Shown in pieces: positions 1 through 9,180 of a DNA stretch of 64,000 bases. The stretch lies in the IMG/VR virus record IMGVR_UViG_3300037067_017075, positions 3,916 through 67,915 of that record, one strand, 5' to 3'. The stretch comes from a virus. A model generated the notes under the pieces. The model was not told where the DNA came from and did not search any database. It saw only the letters and a program-made list of their open reading frames with translations. Position 1 is the first letter of the stretch; each line of letters starts with the position of its first letter. The translations under genes were made by a program, and so were the position numbers.

Positions 1-295
1 CCGGCGTGTGCTGGGATATTGATTTGTGGGTGTGCTCCCAGCAGGGGAAGTAGTCGGTCGGCCCGAACGGGCCGTGAGATAAAAGCCTGATAGCGATATG
101 CAGTTTACCGGCATCTTCCTCGTAGACCAGAGCATCCTGCAAATTGGTCGTCAGCGTCGGCATCCACTTCTTGATGTTGGCATAGGTACGTTTCACCCTG
201 GGCCGCATCGCCGTAAATGTCCGCAGCGCAAGCGTCTGTACCTGTTTGCGCTTTTTTATAATGTTGCCGACGCCGAATACTCTGACCGAAATCAT
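1..295 (-). CDS. Partial gene running off the window, possibly an HK97-gp10-like neck/tail-completion protein
   Basis: Not in the ORF track. Manual translation from ATG 295 (ATGA overlap with the upstream stop) gives MISVRVFGVGNIIKKRKQ...MPTLTTNLQDAL..., open to position 1; lies in the tail module. Confidence 0.45.
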   Translation of the reverse strand, partial: MISVRVFGVGNIIKKRKQVQTLALRTFTAMRPRVKRTYANIKKWMPTLTTNLQDALVYEEDAGKLHIAIRLLSHGPFGPTDYFPCWEHTHKSISQHTP

Positions 296-615
296 TTGTC
301 ATACCCATACAGCGCCCCGATAATCCGCGGAATCGCCGGATCTCCGGGGACGTAGTAGCTCTTAATCGGCGGCAGCACGGACCCGTCCCGCCTGATTCGC
401 CCGGGCGACACCTTGAACCCGTGGTCCTTTACGCCCTCTTTTTCCTCGTCCTTCATCTGTTGATGAAACGCCAGCACCAAAAACCAGTAGTAGGTGCAGA
501 TCGGGTTCACCTCCGTCCCATACCAGAGGTGGTGAAACACCTTGATTGTCTCTAATGCCCCCCCCAGCTCCGAGGTCAGGCTCCGGGCAGTGCCGAGGAG
601 GGGGAGGGCGGCTAT
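292..615 (-). CDS. Tail assembly chaperone, -1 frameshift extension (gpT-like)
   Basis: The -1 frame is open from the slippery A AAA AAA at ~615-621 through ORF 292..540. Confidence 0.75.
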   Translation of the reverse strand: MAALPLLGTARSLTSELGGALETIKVFHHLWYGTEVNPICTYYWFLVLAFHQQMKDEEKEGVKDHGFKVSPGRIRRDGSVLPPIKSYYVPGDPAIPRIIGALYGYDK

Positions 616-1025
616 TTTTTTAGGTTGTCCTCTTCGTTCTCGTCCTTGTCGTCGGTCAGCCGGATGCCCAGCACGTTCGGCATGATGAACATCTGGAGCG
701 GCATGATTGACGTGTCGGGGATCTCTTCCGGGTTGTCCCAGACGAGTTCTCCGTCGGCGTCCCTAAACCCGGCCGCGGCATACCACCTGATGCGGCCCTG
801 GCCGAGGATTTCCTGCTCGTCTTCCACCGGTAGTTCCCGGCCCTCTGCCGCGGCCTCTTCCTTCCGTGCCAGGAGGTATTTCTTGGCGTACGCCCAGGAC
901 TCGAACAACGCGCCGGTCGGCAACTTGAAATCGAAGAACATCTTGACCCGCTCCCCGCCAACGAGGAGCGTAAAGGGGACCTTGGCCGTCGCCAGTTCGT
1001 TGATCCGCCTTCCTAATTTTCCCAT
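612..1025 (-). CDS. Tail assembly chaperone (gpG-like)
   Basis: ATG 1025 with GGAGG RBS; follows the tail tube gene; ends AAC CTA AAA AAA TAG. Confidence 0.75.
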   Translation of the reverse strand: MGKLGRRINELATAKVPFTLLVGGERVKMFFDFKLPTGALFESWAYAKKYLLARKEEAAAEGRELPVEDEQEILGQGRIRWYAAAGFRDADGELVWDNPEEIPDTSIMPLQMFIMPNVLGIRLTDDKDENEEDNLKK

Positions 1026-1093
1026 CGCACCCTCCAATGAAACAGGGCGGCCGTAGCCGCCCTTATCGTTTAAACCCACTTCGCCCGCGGCCC

Positions 1094-1987
1094 CTACGTC
1101 ACCAGCAGCGAGGCCCGGTACACCGAATCGGCGATGCCCTTGACGGTAACGGTCGCCGCATCGTTTCCGCTCGACACGTTCTTGGTCGTCGGAAACTCGT
1201 CCAGCGTGCACCTGCGGAAGAACTCCATCACGCACGACAGCGCGCCGGAATCCGTCTCTGCCGAGATGTAGGCCCAGCAGCAGAAGAACGGCTCGGTGTT
1301 CTTTTTAAACTCATTCCAGACGGCGATGTCGGAGAAGTCGGTGCCGCTGGCCCCCGCCGCTCCCTGCGTCCATTCCGACCCGTAAAGCATCTTGAGCACC
1401 TGCTCCCCGGGGTAGAGGTTGTGCCGCTTGCCCACGTCCACCACGGCATCGAAACTGAACGTCGGGTCCGCCCCCTCGTCGACCGTGAACTTGTAGGCTT
1501 CCTTGGTCTGGCCCAGCACCTGCACCTTGGTTGTGGTGAGGTTTATCTTGCCTGCCCCGTCGAACATCTGCGCCCCGTGGATGTTTCCGCACAGCGACAC
1601 CTTGACCACGTCGGACGCGCCGAGCGCCACCGCGAACGTGAGCGTCCCGTCCGTCCGGTTGACGGTGTAGTCGTCCTCATCGACGACCATGTACGCCCCG
1701 GAGCCGCCGGCCTGCCGCTCGACGAACGGAACAACGCGGGCGTCGACCACGCCGTAGGTGTCCACAAAATCCTCGACGCCGACTTCGTCCTTGATCGTAT
1801 ACACGAGCTGGTCGGACGTGGTGGTCGTCAGGTCAAACCACCGCGGGTTGAACAGCTTGTTGAGTTCCGTCTTGGCGTTGGCGAGGTCGGTCACCGCGTC
1901 GTTGCTTCCGGTGTACGATGCGGCGATAACCAGCACCCGCTCCTTGGTAATGCCGGACATTACCCGGTCTTTGAATAAATCCGCCAT
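1094..1987 (-). CDS. Major tail (tube) protein
   Basis: 297 aa, acidic and beta-rich, GGGAGG RBS, between the tail terminator and the frameshifted chaperone. Confidence 0.7.
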   Translation of the reverse strand: MADLFKDRVMSGITKERVLVIAASYTGSNDAVTDLANAKTELNKLFNPRWFDLTTTTSDQLVYTIKDEVGVEDFVDTYGVVDARVVPFVERQAGGSGAYMVVDEDDYTVNRTDGTLTFAVALGASDVVKVSLCGNIHGAQMFDGAGKINLTTTKVQVLGQTKEAYKFTVDEGADPTFSFDAVVDVGKRHNLYPGEQVLKMLYGSEWTQGAAGASGTDFSDIAVWNEFKKNTEPFFCCWAYISAETDSGALSCVMEFFRRCTLDEFPTTKNVSSGNDAATVTVKGIADSVYRASLLVT

Positions 1988-2028
1988 GGTATTCCCTCCC
2001 TAAACCCTGCCCCGTCAACGGGGACGTG

Positions 2029-2460
2029 TTACGTTGATATCGCCAGCACGATCTCGAACCTGGCCGCCGGGCCCGCCCCGAGGTCTATCTTAACCGCCGA
2101 CGCCCTCATGGCAGTACCCATCCGCCATTCGTCGGGGTTGTATTCGTAATACCTGATCGCTGAGCCAGCCAGGGCCTCAGCCAGCGCCGTTACCGCCAGT
2201 CCCACCGGCCCGTCGTCGTAGTCCTGCAGCTCGTGTTGCGGAATGTAGAGGTCGATCACGACGATATAGGCCCAGTTGCTCGAGCCCAGCCTGCCCGGCG
2301 CGGCAAATGCCTCGGCGCCCTGGGCGCTTACGTGGACGGCGTTCGCGTTCACGATCTGCTTGGCGTCAAACGGGCGCGTCAGCACGATGTATCCCGAAAG
2401 GGCGTCCACCTCTCCGAGCCACCGCGCCACCGACCGCGCGAGGTACGATAGGTTAAGCAT
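2029..2460 (-). CDS. Tail terminator/completion protein (putative)
   Basis: ~143 aa from MLNLSY; size and position directly upstream of the tail tube gene. Confidence 0.55.
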   Translation of the reverse strand: MLNLSYLARSVARWLGEVDALSGYIVLTRPFDAKQIVNANAVHVSAQGAEAFAAPGRLGSSNWAYIVVIDLYIPQHELQDYDDGPVGLAVTALAEALAGSAIRYYEYNPDEWRMGTAMRASAVKIDLGAGPAARFEIVLAIST

Positions 2461-2461
2461 G

Positions 2462-3442
2462 TTATGCTCCGAAGTATTTTTTGGCGTACCGGTTTGCCGG
2501 TCCCGCCGCCACGCTCGGGGCCGAGGTCTCCGGTATCCGCACCTTTGAGTCCCCGATGCGGCCGGCCACCCGCTGGCGTATTCGGTCGGCCATGATGGCC
2601 AGCATCTGGTGGGTCTCCTGCTTGCCGCCGGCCAGCGCCCGGTCGGCCAGCCGCTCCAGCCAGATAGCGTGGGCAAGGTTCAGGATGTGGTCGAGGTTGG
2701 CCTCAATGTTTTCGACCTGCCAGATCATCATCCGCAGGTCCAGCACCTGCGGGCTGGTGTCGTCGGCCGACGCCAGGATTATCTTGAGCACGGGCGACGT
2801 GGAGGGATAGGCGCTCACGTCGATCTCCGTGGCAAGGGAACACCCGACGGCAGCGCCGATCCAACTCCGTCCTCCGTCAAGAGACAGGTCAAACCCCACT
2901 GTCCTGCCGGAGCTGTCTGCCGTCACCATCTCGACCTTCACCGCCAGTATCCCGGGGTACTTCCTGGGCCGGTAGATATTGCCGTCGGTCACGCCGTGGA
3001 CCGCACCGTCGTAGTCGTAGGCCGATACGTAGCCCCCGATCATGCTGCGGTAAAAGAGGTTGCGCTTGTAGGCCGGGTCCGATACCTTGATCTTCTGCGC
3101 CTCGTCGGCGCTCACAAAATCGTAACCGGGGACCGTTTGCACCCAGCCGGATGCCGGCGCCGCGGCAAGGGAAAGCGCATCGTCGACAACCACGTTGCTG
3201 TTTCCGGCCCACCGGAACGGATCGATAGACAGGACATCGGTGTCCGGCGTGTAGTACGGCACGAACTGTTCCTCGTAGACCGACAATCCCCACGCGCCGC
3301 GGTACTGCGGAAGCTCCGGCACCGCCTGCATAAAAATGCCCCACAGCTCGTTGTCGGTCAGCGTCGGCTTCAAACTCGACGGCGCGTCGGTGTCCGCGTC
3401 CAAAAACCGAGCCAGCGCGTCTATGATATCGGCCTTCTTCAT
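2462..3442 (-). CDS. Head-tail adaptor-like virion protein with a central beta-rich insertion
   Basis: Helical N- and C-termini (LTDNEL..., LAHAIWLERLA) around a beta-rich middle; position after the capsid/GT cluster. Confidence 0.5.
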   Translation of the reverse strand: MKKADIIDALARFLDADTDAPSSLKPTLTDNELWGIFMQAVPELPQYRGAWGLSVYEEQFVPYYTPDTDVLSIDPFRWAGNSNVVVDDALSLAAAPASGWVQTVPGYDFVSADEAQKIKVSDPAYKRNLFYRSMIGGYVSAYDYDGAVHGVTDGNIYRPRKYPGILAVKVEMVTADSSGRTVGFDLSLDGGRSWIGAAVGCSLATEIDVSAYPSTSPVLKIILASADDTSPQVLDLRMMIWQVENIEANLDHILNLAHAIWLERLADRALAGGKQETHQMLAIMADRIRQRVAGRIGDSKVRIPETSAPSVAAGPANRYAKKYFGA

Positions 3443-4464
3443 TCCAATTCACCGTCATTGTTTCCCTGACCGTCACCGAGGACATCGTCCGCTTCACCGT
3501 CATTGCGAGCCTCAGCAGCAAACGAGGCAATCCCCGCACTGCCTATAGGATCCTCATCAACCGCGTTGAACGGCATCATAATCGGATCGTCCGTCTTTTT
3601 TCCTTTCTTCGGTTTCCCCTCGCACTCACCGACCAACGCCTCCAACTCATCGGCCACCTTCGCCACCGGGATTTCCGGAGGATATCCCTGGATCACCCGC
3701 TTGTGCGTCGTGTGCGGATACACCCACTCGATATGCAACACCGCCGGGTATATCTCGACCAGGTTTTTGTTCAGCGCCGCTGCCACGTGCGCCAGCCCGC
3801 TGTCGATCGTCACCACGTAGTCGGCCGCATCCATCACCGCCGCGGCGATGCGTATGGGAAGGCCGTGGAGTTCCACAACCCCGGTGTCTTCCGCGAAGAT
3901 CTTCGGGTCATCCGGCCCGCCGAGAGAGACGACACTGAACCCCATCTCCTGGATAATCAGGACCAACTCGCGCCACCTGCTGTCTCCCCAGAGCTTATTG
4001 CCTTCCCGGTTGGCGGTGTCCAGCCCGGTCGATGACATGGAATGCGGGCAGACCGCCACAAACCGACTCATCGGCCCGAGGATGTGCTCCGCCTCGGACC
4101 GCTCGGCATCGACGATCCGAAGCTCCGGCCTGCATGATCCGATCTGCACTCCCAGCAGCTCTCCGTATGCCTGCGCCATGTGGATGTTGCGCCGCTCTCC
4201 GTACGAAAACGCGGCCCCGACGTCAAACAGCCACTTCTTGGTCCAGTTTCCCCATCCGACCATCCTGCGGATCTTGTCGTGGTCAGGATCGAGGATAACC
4301 CGGTCGACGTAAGGATTTTTCCGCAGCACCCTGCTGATCGGCTGGTCCTGGGCCACGTACCAGACCGGTTCGTCAGGGTGGTTCAGCCGCCATTCCCGCA
4401 CCGCCGGCGTGGTGGCCAGCGCGTCGCCGATCAGGTTTACACCGGCAAAGAGGGTTCCCCTCAT
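3439..4464 (-). CDS. Glycosyltransferase family 9 (heptosyltransferase-like)
   Basis: IGDAL-TTP N-terminal motif, NPYVD, K-W, VVTIDSGLAHVAAAL. Confidence 0.9.
   Translation of the reverse strand: MRGTLFAGVNLIGDALATTPAVREWRLNHPDEPVWYVAQDQPISRVLRKNPYVDRVILDPDHDKIRRMVGWGNWTKKWLFDVGAAFSYGERRNIHMAQAYGELLGVQIGSCRPELRIVDAERSEAEHILGPMSRFVAVCPHSMSSTGLDTANREGNKLWGDSRWRELVLIIQEMGFSVVSLGGPDDPKIFAEDTGVVELHGLPIRIAAAVMDAADYVVTIDSGLAHVAAALNKNLVEIYPAVLHIEWVYPHTTHKRVIQGYPPEIPVAKVADELEALVGECEGKPKKGKKTDDPIMMPFNAVDEDPIGSAGIASFAAEARNDGEADDVLGDGQGNNDGELE
3448..3543 (+). repeat. Family A (CGTC-type) hairpin repeat: one full and one internally deleted copy inside the GT9 3' end
   Basis: TTCACCGTCATTGCGAG...CGAGGCAATCCCC at 3493-3535; TTCACCGTCATTG...CCCTGACCGTCACC at 3448-3477. 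Confidence 0.85.
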
Positions 4465-4490
4465 ACATCACCTCGTATTGCTATTTACAA

Positions 4491-4545
4491 TTCGCCGTCA
4501 TTGCGAGGGGTCAGCAGACCCCGCGGCAATCCCCTGATTGTCACC
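4491..4545 (+). repeat. Family A (CGTC-type) hairpin repeat
   Basis: TTCGCCGTCATTGCGAG-GGGTC AGCA GACCC-CGCGGCAATCCCC TGA TTGTCACC. Confidence 0.9.
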
Positions 4546-4553
4546 GGGATCGC

Positions 4554-4643
4554 TTACCATCTCGGCAACGCCATCACAACACCGATTAGCCAACCGATGA
4601 TTATTCCGACGATAAAACCGATGATGGTGCCTAACCAGATCAT
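4554..4643 (-). CDS. Small membrane peptide (29 aa)
   Basis: MIWLGTIIGFIVGIIIGWLIGVVMALPRW; ATGA overlap with the GT2 stop; GAGGTGG upstream. Confidence 0.6.
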   Translation of the reverse strand: MIWLGTIIGFIVGIIIGWLIGVVMALPRW

Positions 4644-5287
4644 GTAACCACCTCGATTGGTTTCAGCTTCCGATTATTCGGACTCGGCAGCCCGCTGTTC
4701 GGGATGTTTCCGACGATCCTCCCCCAGCTTGGCCCCTGCCCGTGGAGCACCGGCAGCTCCACGTCCCGGACGACCTTATATCCCAGGTCGTTCACCCGGT
4801 AGCTGAACATCCTGTCGCTGTCGATGTGGGTGTACTGTTCGTCCAGCGTCCCGTGCTGTTCCATGAACCACCGCCTGATCATCCAGCAGTGGCCCGTCAG
4901 GTAATGCGGGCGCACCGGATAGGTGATGCCCTTTTGGGGCGGAAAGTGGTCGGACCCGGCCAGCATCACCCGCTGGTCCTCTAAGTACGACAACAGCTTC
5001 TCGACCCAGCCCGGACAGAGCACAATGTCGGTGTTGAGCGCCGCGATAAACGGATGTATCGTCTCGTCCAGCCCCCGGTTGAGCGCCCTGGTGAACCAGA
5101 GTTGCTGCCCGGTTATGATATGGACGTCAGGCATCAGCGTATCGATGAATGCCTTGGTCGGTGCATCCGAGAAATCGTCCACGATAATCAGCCGGTACTC
5201 GCACCTCGGGGTGAAGTCCTTGAGGCTGGTCATCATCGTCTTAAATGAGTCAACCGCGTTGTGGACCGGGATAACGATGTCGATCAT
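4640..5287 (-). CDS. Glycosyltransferase family 2
   Basis: IDIVIPVHN, IIVDDFSD, FTRALNRG, LNTD (DxD-like). Confidence 0.9.
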   Translation of the reverse strand: MIDIVIPVHNAVDSFKTMMTSLKDFTPRCEYRLIIVDDFSDAPTKAFIDTLMPDVHIITGQQLWFTRALNRGLDETIHPFIAALNTDIVLCPGWVEKLLSYLEDQRVMLAGSDHFPPQKGITYPVRPHYLTGHCWMIRRWFMEQHGTLDEQYTHIDSDRMFSYRVNDLGYKVVRDVELPVLHGQGPSWGRIVGNIPNSGLPSPNNRKLKPIEVVT

Positions 5288-6381
5288 GCGGCCTCCACCA
5301 GCTTGCGGTACTGTTCCGCCCACAACCGCTGGTTTTTGCGGATGTCAAACTTTTCGCGCACGAGCTTCTTGGCGTTCGTAAACAGCGCTATCCGCTTCTT
5401 TTCGTTCTCCACCAGGTCTACGATGGCCCGTTTCCACAGCTCGTACCGGTTCTTTTTGACGATGATCCCGTTGTGGCCGTCGGTGATTGTCTGGCTGTAG
5501 GGTAGTACCGCCGATGCGATGGTCGGCACGCCGGCCAGCGTGTACTCGAGGAATTTCAGGTTGCTTTTAGACCGGTTAAACGTGTTGTCCACCAGAGGCG
5601 CCAGCCCGATATGCAGCCCCAGGCCGAGCAGCCGGTCGTAATACTCCTGGATCGGGACACCTTTGACCAGCCAGATCTTCTTCCGTTCGGCGATCTCCTC
5701 GGTGTTGACGACCAACTTCTTGGCCTCGTTTTTAAACACCAATCCCTCGTCGATGAGCGGCTCGATCACGCACCCGGGATAGCCGCCCATGTAGAGGATC
5801 TCCACGTCGTCGCGCTCCGACAGCAGGTCGGTGAGGACCTGGTTGATTTCCCGGAGGTCTTCATCGTGGGTCTTGGACCCCACCCACCCGATCCGGACCT
5901 TGCCGGTTGTACCGGTTTTGCACACCGGCCCGCGTTTGACGTCCCGCCAGTCCGGGTCTATGGAATTTGGGAGCACCACAACCCGGTCGCTGTACCTCCT
6001 CATTTCGTCGGCCAGGTGTTCGGTGGATACCGTGATGAGGTCGGCCAGGTGCAGACACCGCTTTACGTTGCGTTTGAGCGCCGGCGTATAAACCCGGTGG
6101 GCCGGGTTTTTCGGCGGGATGTTTAAAAGCTGGTCGTCCATGTCAACGACGATCTTCTTGCCTATGCCCTTGAGGTGTTCCAGCACCGTCAAATCAGGGT
6201 CCAGAAACCTGCGCTGAGCCACGATGACGTCGTAGTCCTCCATGACCTTGACCGGAACGAGCGACCCCTTGGTGGCAAGCGTTCCCCGCTTGTCGGCGTA
6301 GTAGCCGGGCATCATGCACCGTGCCCACGCGCACCCGTCGAAAAAAGACATCCAAAAAAACACAGAGAGTTTACGTGCCAT
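5284..6381 (-). CDS. Glycosyltransferase family 4 (GT-B)
   Basis: DMDD, ADLITVST, RIGWVGS, FNRSKSNLKFLEY-AG-P-IAS. Confidence 0.9.
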   Translation of the reverse strand: MARKLSVFFWMSFFDGCAWARCMMPGYYADKRGTLATKGSLVPVKVMEDYDVIVAQRRFLDPDLTVLEHLKGIGKKIVVDMDDQLLNIPPKNPAHRVYTPALKRNVKRCLHLADLITVSTEHLADEMRRYSDRVVVLPNSIDPDWRDVKRGPVCKTGTTGKVRIGWVGSKTHDEDLREINQVLTDLLSERDDVEILYMGGYPGCVIEPLIDEGLVFKNEAKKLVVNTEEIAERKKIWLVKGVPIQEYYDRLLGLGLHIGLAPLVDNTFNRSKSNLKFLEYTLAGVPTIASAVLPYSQTITDGHNGIIVKKNRYELWKRAIVDLVENEKKRIALFTNAKKLVREKFDIRKNQRLWAEQYRKLVEAA

Positions 6382-6391
6382 GGCCCTCCTC

Positions 6392-6419
6392 AAAACAGGG
6401 GGGCCGTCAGGCCCCCCCC
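6392..6419 (-). terminator. Intrinsic terminator after the major capsid gene
   Basis: G/C-rich hairpin closing a TGAC loop, followed by TGTTTT on the minus strand. Confidence 0.6.
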
Positions 6420-6434
6420 AGTTGGTTGTTTTAG

Positions 6435-7433
6435 CTACGGAGTCACGCAGGCGGTGATGATCCGCACCAGGGCGTTATCCCTGAATATCTTGCTCTCGTA
6501 GGAGAACTTGACTCCGACGCCCTTGTCGTCCCCGTAGTCGTCCTCGTCGGTGATCCACTCCATCGGGAGTTTGCCGTCGAAGAAGTTGCCGAGGGCGAAC
6601 GCGAACGCTTCCGCGCCCATTACCAGGGCCGATGCGATGTCGATGCTTCCGGACCCGCCGGCCACAACCGGCACCTGCGGAGTCGTGAAGATAGAAACCC
6701 CGTCCCAGTCCCCGAGGTAGTTAACGTCGAGGAAGTGCTGGAACACCGGGTTCATCTTGCCCCTGATGTCCGCGTCAGCGCGAATCGCGTGCCAGTTCGT
6801 GTCCTGGCTGAGCTGGTAGTCCTGGTAGGTGTGGATGATCGCCACGTACTTCTGCGTGGAGCCGACGTACGGGGCGTCATTTGCCTCGAGCCGCGCGCGC
6901 GCCCGGGAGATGCTGTCCAGGTCCAGGATGTCGGTCGCGGTCAGGTCGCCGGATGCCGCCACGGTCCCGGGGAAAAGCACGTTGGCGCCGGCGCCGGCCG
7001 CCGTGTAAAACGACGTGTCGACGTGTTTGGCCGCCCACCGAGACAGCACCGTTTTGGCGCCGTTCCAGAGGTCGTACTTGGTTTTTCGCTGGGTCTGGTC
7101 CTTGAGGGCAACCGCGTGCCGCCAGCGCACCGGCGTACAGGTTATTTCGGAAAATTCCAGGGTCTCCTCATTGCCTTTGAGGCGGGCCGTGTCGCCGGTA
7201 ACGCCGGTCCCAGAAAGGTCGCTCATCGTCTCGAACCGGATAATGTCTCCGGGCCCCTGCGAGAGCTCCCGTTTCATGATGATCGGCATGCCCGATTCCT
7301 CGCCGCCGATGAACTGCCCCATCACGAGTTTCTTGGGCCACTCGTTATAGAGCTTTGCCGCCCATATCTCGGGGATAAGGGCGTCGGCGTCGGTCGGCGT
7401 GGTTGCCGCCATAATTTCGTCGTAGGTCGCCAT
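6435..7433 (-). CDS. Major capsid protein (N4-gp56/DUF4043-like)
   Basis: IPEIWA, ELS-GPGD-I-F, L-G-GV-G, LKGNEETL, YVAIIH, GDWDGV; GGAGG RBS. Confidence 0.9.
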   Translation of the reverse strand: MATYDEIMAATTPTDADALIPEIWAAKLYNEWPKKLVMGQFIGGEESGMPIIMKRELSQGPGDIIRFETMSDLSGTGVTGDTARLKGNEETLEFSEITCTPVRWRHAVALKDQTQRKTKYDLWNGAKTVLSRWAAKHVDTSFYTAAGAGANVLFPGTVAASGDLTATDILDLDSISRARARLEANDAPYVGSTQKYVAIIHTYQDYQLSQDTNWHAIRADADIRGKMNPVFQHFLDVNYLGDWDGVSIFTTPQVPVVAGGSGSIDIASALVMGAEAFAFALGNFFDGKLPMEWITDEDDYGDDKGVGVKFSYESKIFRDNALVRIITACVTP

Positions 7434-7539
7434 TTTTGTTTGTCCTCCGCGTTAGAGTCCTTCCGGACAAATAAAAATGGCCTTAAATCGCAGATTCCTC
7501 CGTAATCTAAAGCCGCTTATCGCCTTCCGTCGGGAAAGG

Positions 7540-9180
7540 CTACATTTTCAATCCTTCGAGTTTGATCAGCGCCGGGAGCCGGTCTTCGATAACCGCGAAC
7601 TCCTCGGGCGGCAGCGCGCCGTAGCCGTTCTTCTTGGCCTTGGCCACGATGGCCATGAACCGCTTCTCCTCTTCGCCCGGGCCGCCGTCCTGGGCCGCCC
7701 CGACGATCGCATTGGGGGCCGCCATCTGGAATCCCGCGTCCTTGAGCACCTGCATCGAGAGCTTCATGGCCTCGGTCTGGATCGCGCCCCTGGCCGCTAT
7801 CGCGTCGACGGCCGCCGGGATCTTCTGCAGCTCCTCGGCCTTGACCGATTTGAGCGCCTCGTCAAACGCCGGAAGCTCCTTGATCGCCTCGGGCGTCAGC
7901 TCCTTGACGGCTTCGCCGAAGGCGGCAAGCCACGGCATCTCTTCCTTGGTGGCGCTGTTGAGCACCAGCACCCGGTTCTCGCCGGCGGTCAGCGCGGCCT
8001 GCACCTCGGTGTCGATCGCCTGTGCCCTCGCCGCCAGCACCGGCGCTCCCTCGGTCAGGAACTTGTCGATAACCGCGGTAAGCGGGTTTTTCTCGTCCAG
8101 CGCCGCCCCGGCGTATGCCGAAAGCCGGGCCGCGAACGCCTCTTCGAACTTCTCCTGCTTGGTGATATCCTCTACGCCCAACGGCGTGTCTTTCTCGCTC
8201 ATGTCTTCCTCCTCCGTTATCGTCTGCACCGCAAGTTTTGCCGCGATGCGGTCAATCATTGTCCCGGTGGCTCCCGCCACTTCCACAAGCGCCAGCGCCT
8301 TCCCATGCCGGTCCATCTCCACCGGCTCGTGGTAGCCGTCCGCGTCGGTTTCCACCTTTCGCGGCCATCCTTCGAGGGAAAACTGCACGCCGCTCGCTTC
8401 GTCGTCATCCTGTTTAAGGGCCATCTCCTCCCGGATACGTGCCCTGATGTCAGGCCTTCCGGCCGAAACGTGAAGCCAAAAAAAGAATTTTCCGTCCCGC
8501 TCCTCAAACGCCAGAATCTTGCCGATCCTCGACCGGGCGTCGGTGTCGCCGAACCCCTTGTGTCCCTCGTACGCCGGTTTGTTTATGTAGGACGGCCCGA
8601 ATGTCCGCAAAAACCGCTCGGAGAGATTGAACTTGACGCCACGTCCGGTATGAAACTTGCCGGTCGTCTGGTGGATGCGGACGACCATCGGGTCAGAATC
8701 GGCGCCCGATTGGATCAACTCGTTCTTGGCCGCCATGACCGTTTCCGGGATTTCGGAATCGTCGGACGGTATGGAGACTTCCGACGGAGCGGCGCACGTA
8801 AATTGAAGCGAACCGACCTTCTTGGCCATCCATTCGGCTATGTTTTCCTCGGTCCATCGGCGCGGAGGCCGCGCATCGAACACGAACGCGATCACTTCGC
8901 CGTCGCCGACAATGGTGCTGATTCCTTTGTTGACCCCTATCGGCTCGATGCTGCCGCGCTCGAAACCGTTTGTCTCGCCGATGGGATACAGGATGAACCC
9001 CTGCACGGCCATTTTCGAGACAACGGCGTTCGCCTGCCTGATAGCCGCGGAGTCACAGTCTGTCCCGCCCTTGTCCAAACAGCGGGTCCGTGCGTCGTTG
9101 GCTACCGCTACCCACCGCTCCTTCTGGGCCGTCGACAGGCCCTTAAAGTGGCTTTCGACGTCTTCGATTGTCCAGGGCAT
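7540..9180 (-). CDS. Capsid maturation protease/scaffold with an N-terminal ChaB-like domain
   Basis: MPWT...W-VAN...AIRQANA ChaB-like start; central H and FSLEG motifs; Ala-rich helical C-terminus; between portal and capsid. Confidence 0.7.
   Translation of the reverse strand: MPWTIEDVESHFKGLSTAQKERWVAVANDARTRCLDKGGTDCDSAAIRQANAVVSKMAVQGFILYPIGETNGFERGSIEPIGVNKGISTIVGDGEVIAFVFDARPPRRWTEENIAEWMAKKVGSLQFTCAAPSEVSIPSDDSEIPETVMAAKNELIQSGADSDPMVVRIHQTTGKFHTGRGVKFNLSERFLRTFGPSYINKPAYEGHKGFGDTDARSRIGKILAFEERDGKFFFWLHVSAGRPDIRARIREEMALKQDDDEASGVQFSLEGWPRKVETDADGYHEPVEMDRHGKALALVEVAGATGTMIDRIAAKLAVQTITEEEDMSEKDTPLGVEDITKQEKFEEAFAARLSAYAGAALDEKNPLTAVIDKFLTEGAPVLAARAQAIDTEVQAALTAGENRVLVLNSATKEEMPWLAAFGEAVKELTPEAIKELPAFDEALKSVKAEELQKIPAAVDAIAARGAIQTEAMKLSMQVLKDAGFQMAAPNAIVGAAQDGGPGEEEKRFMAIVAKAKKNGYGALPPEEFAVIEDRLPALIKLEGLKM

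Noticed and set aside
6435-7433. Assignment as an N4-like phage
   Set aside because: Only the capsid is N4-gp56-like; no RNA or DNA polymerase is in the window, and the tail tube plus frameshifted chaperone indicate a long tail.
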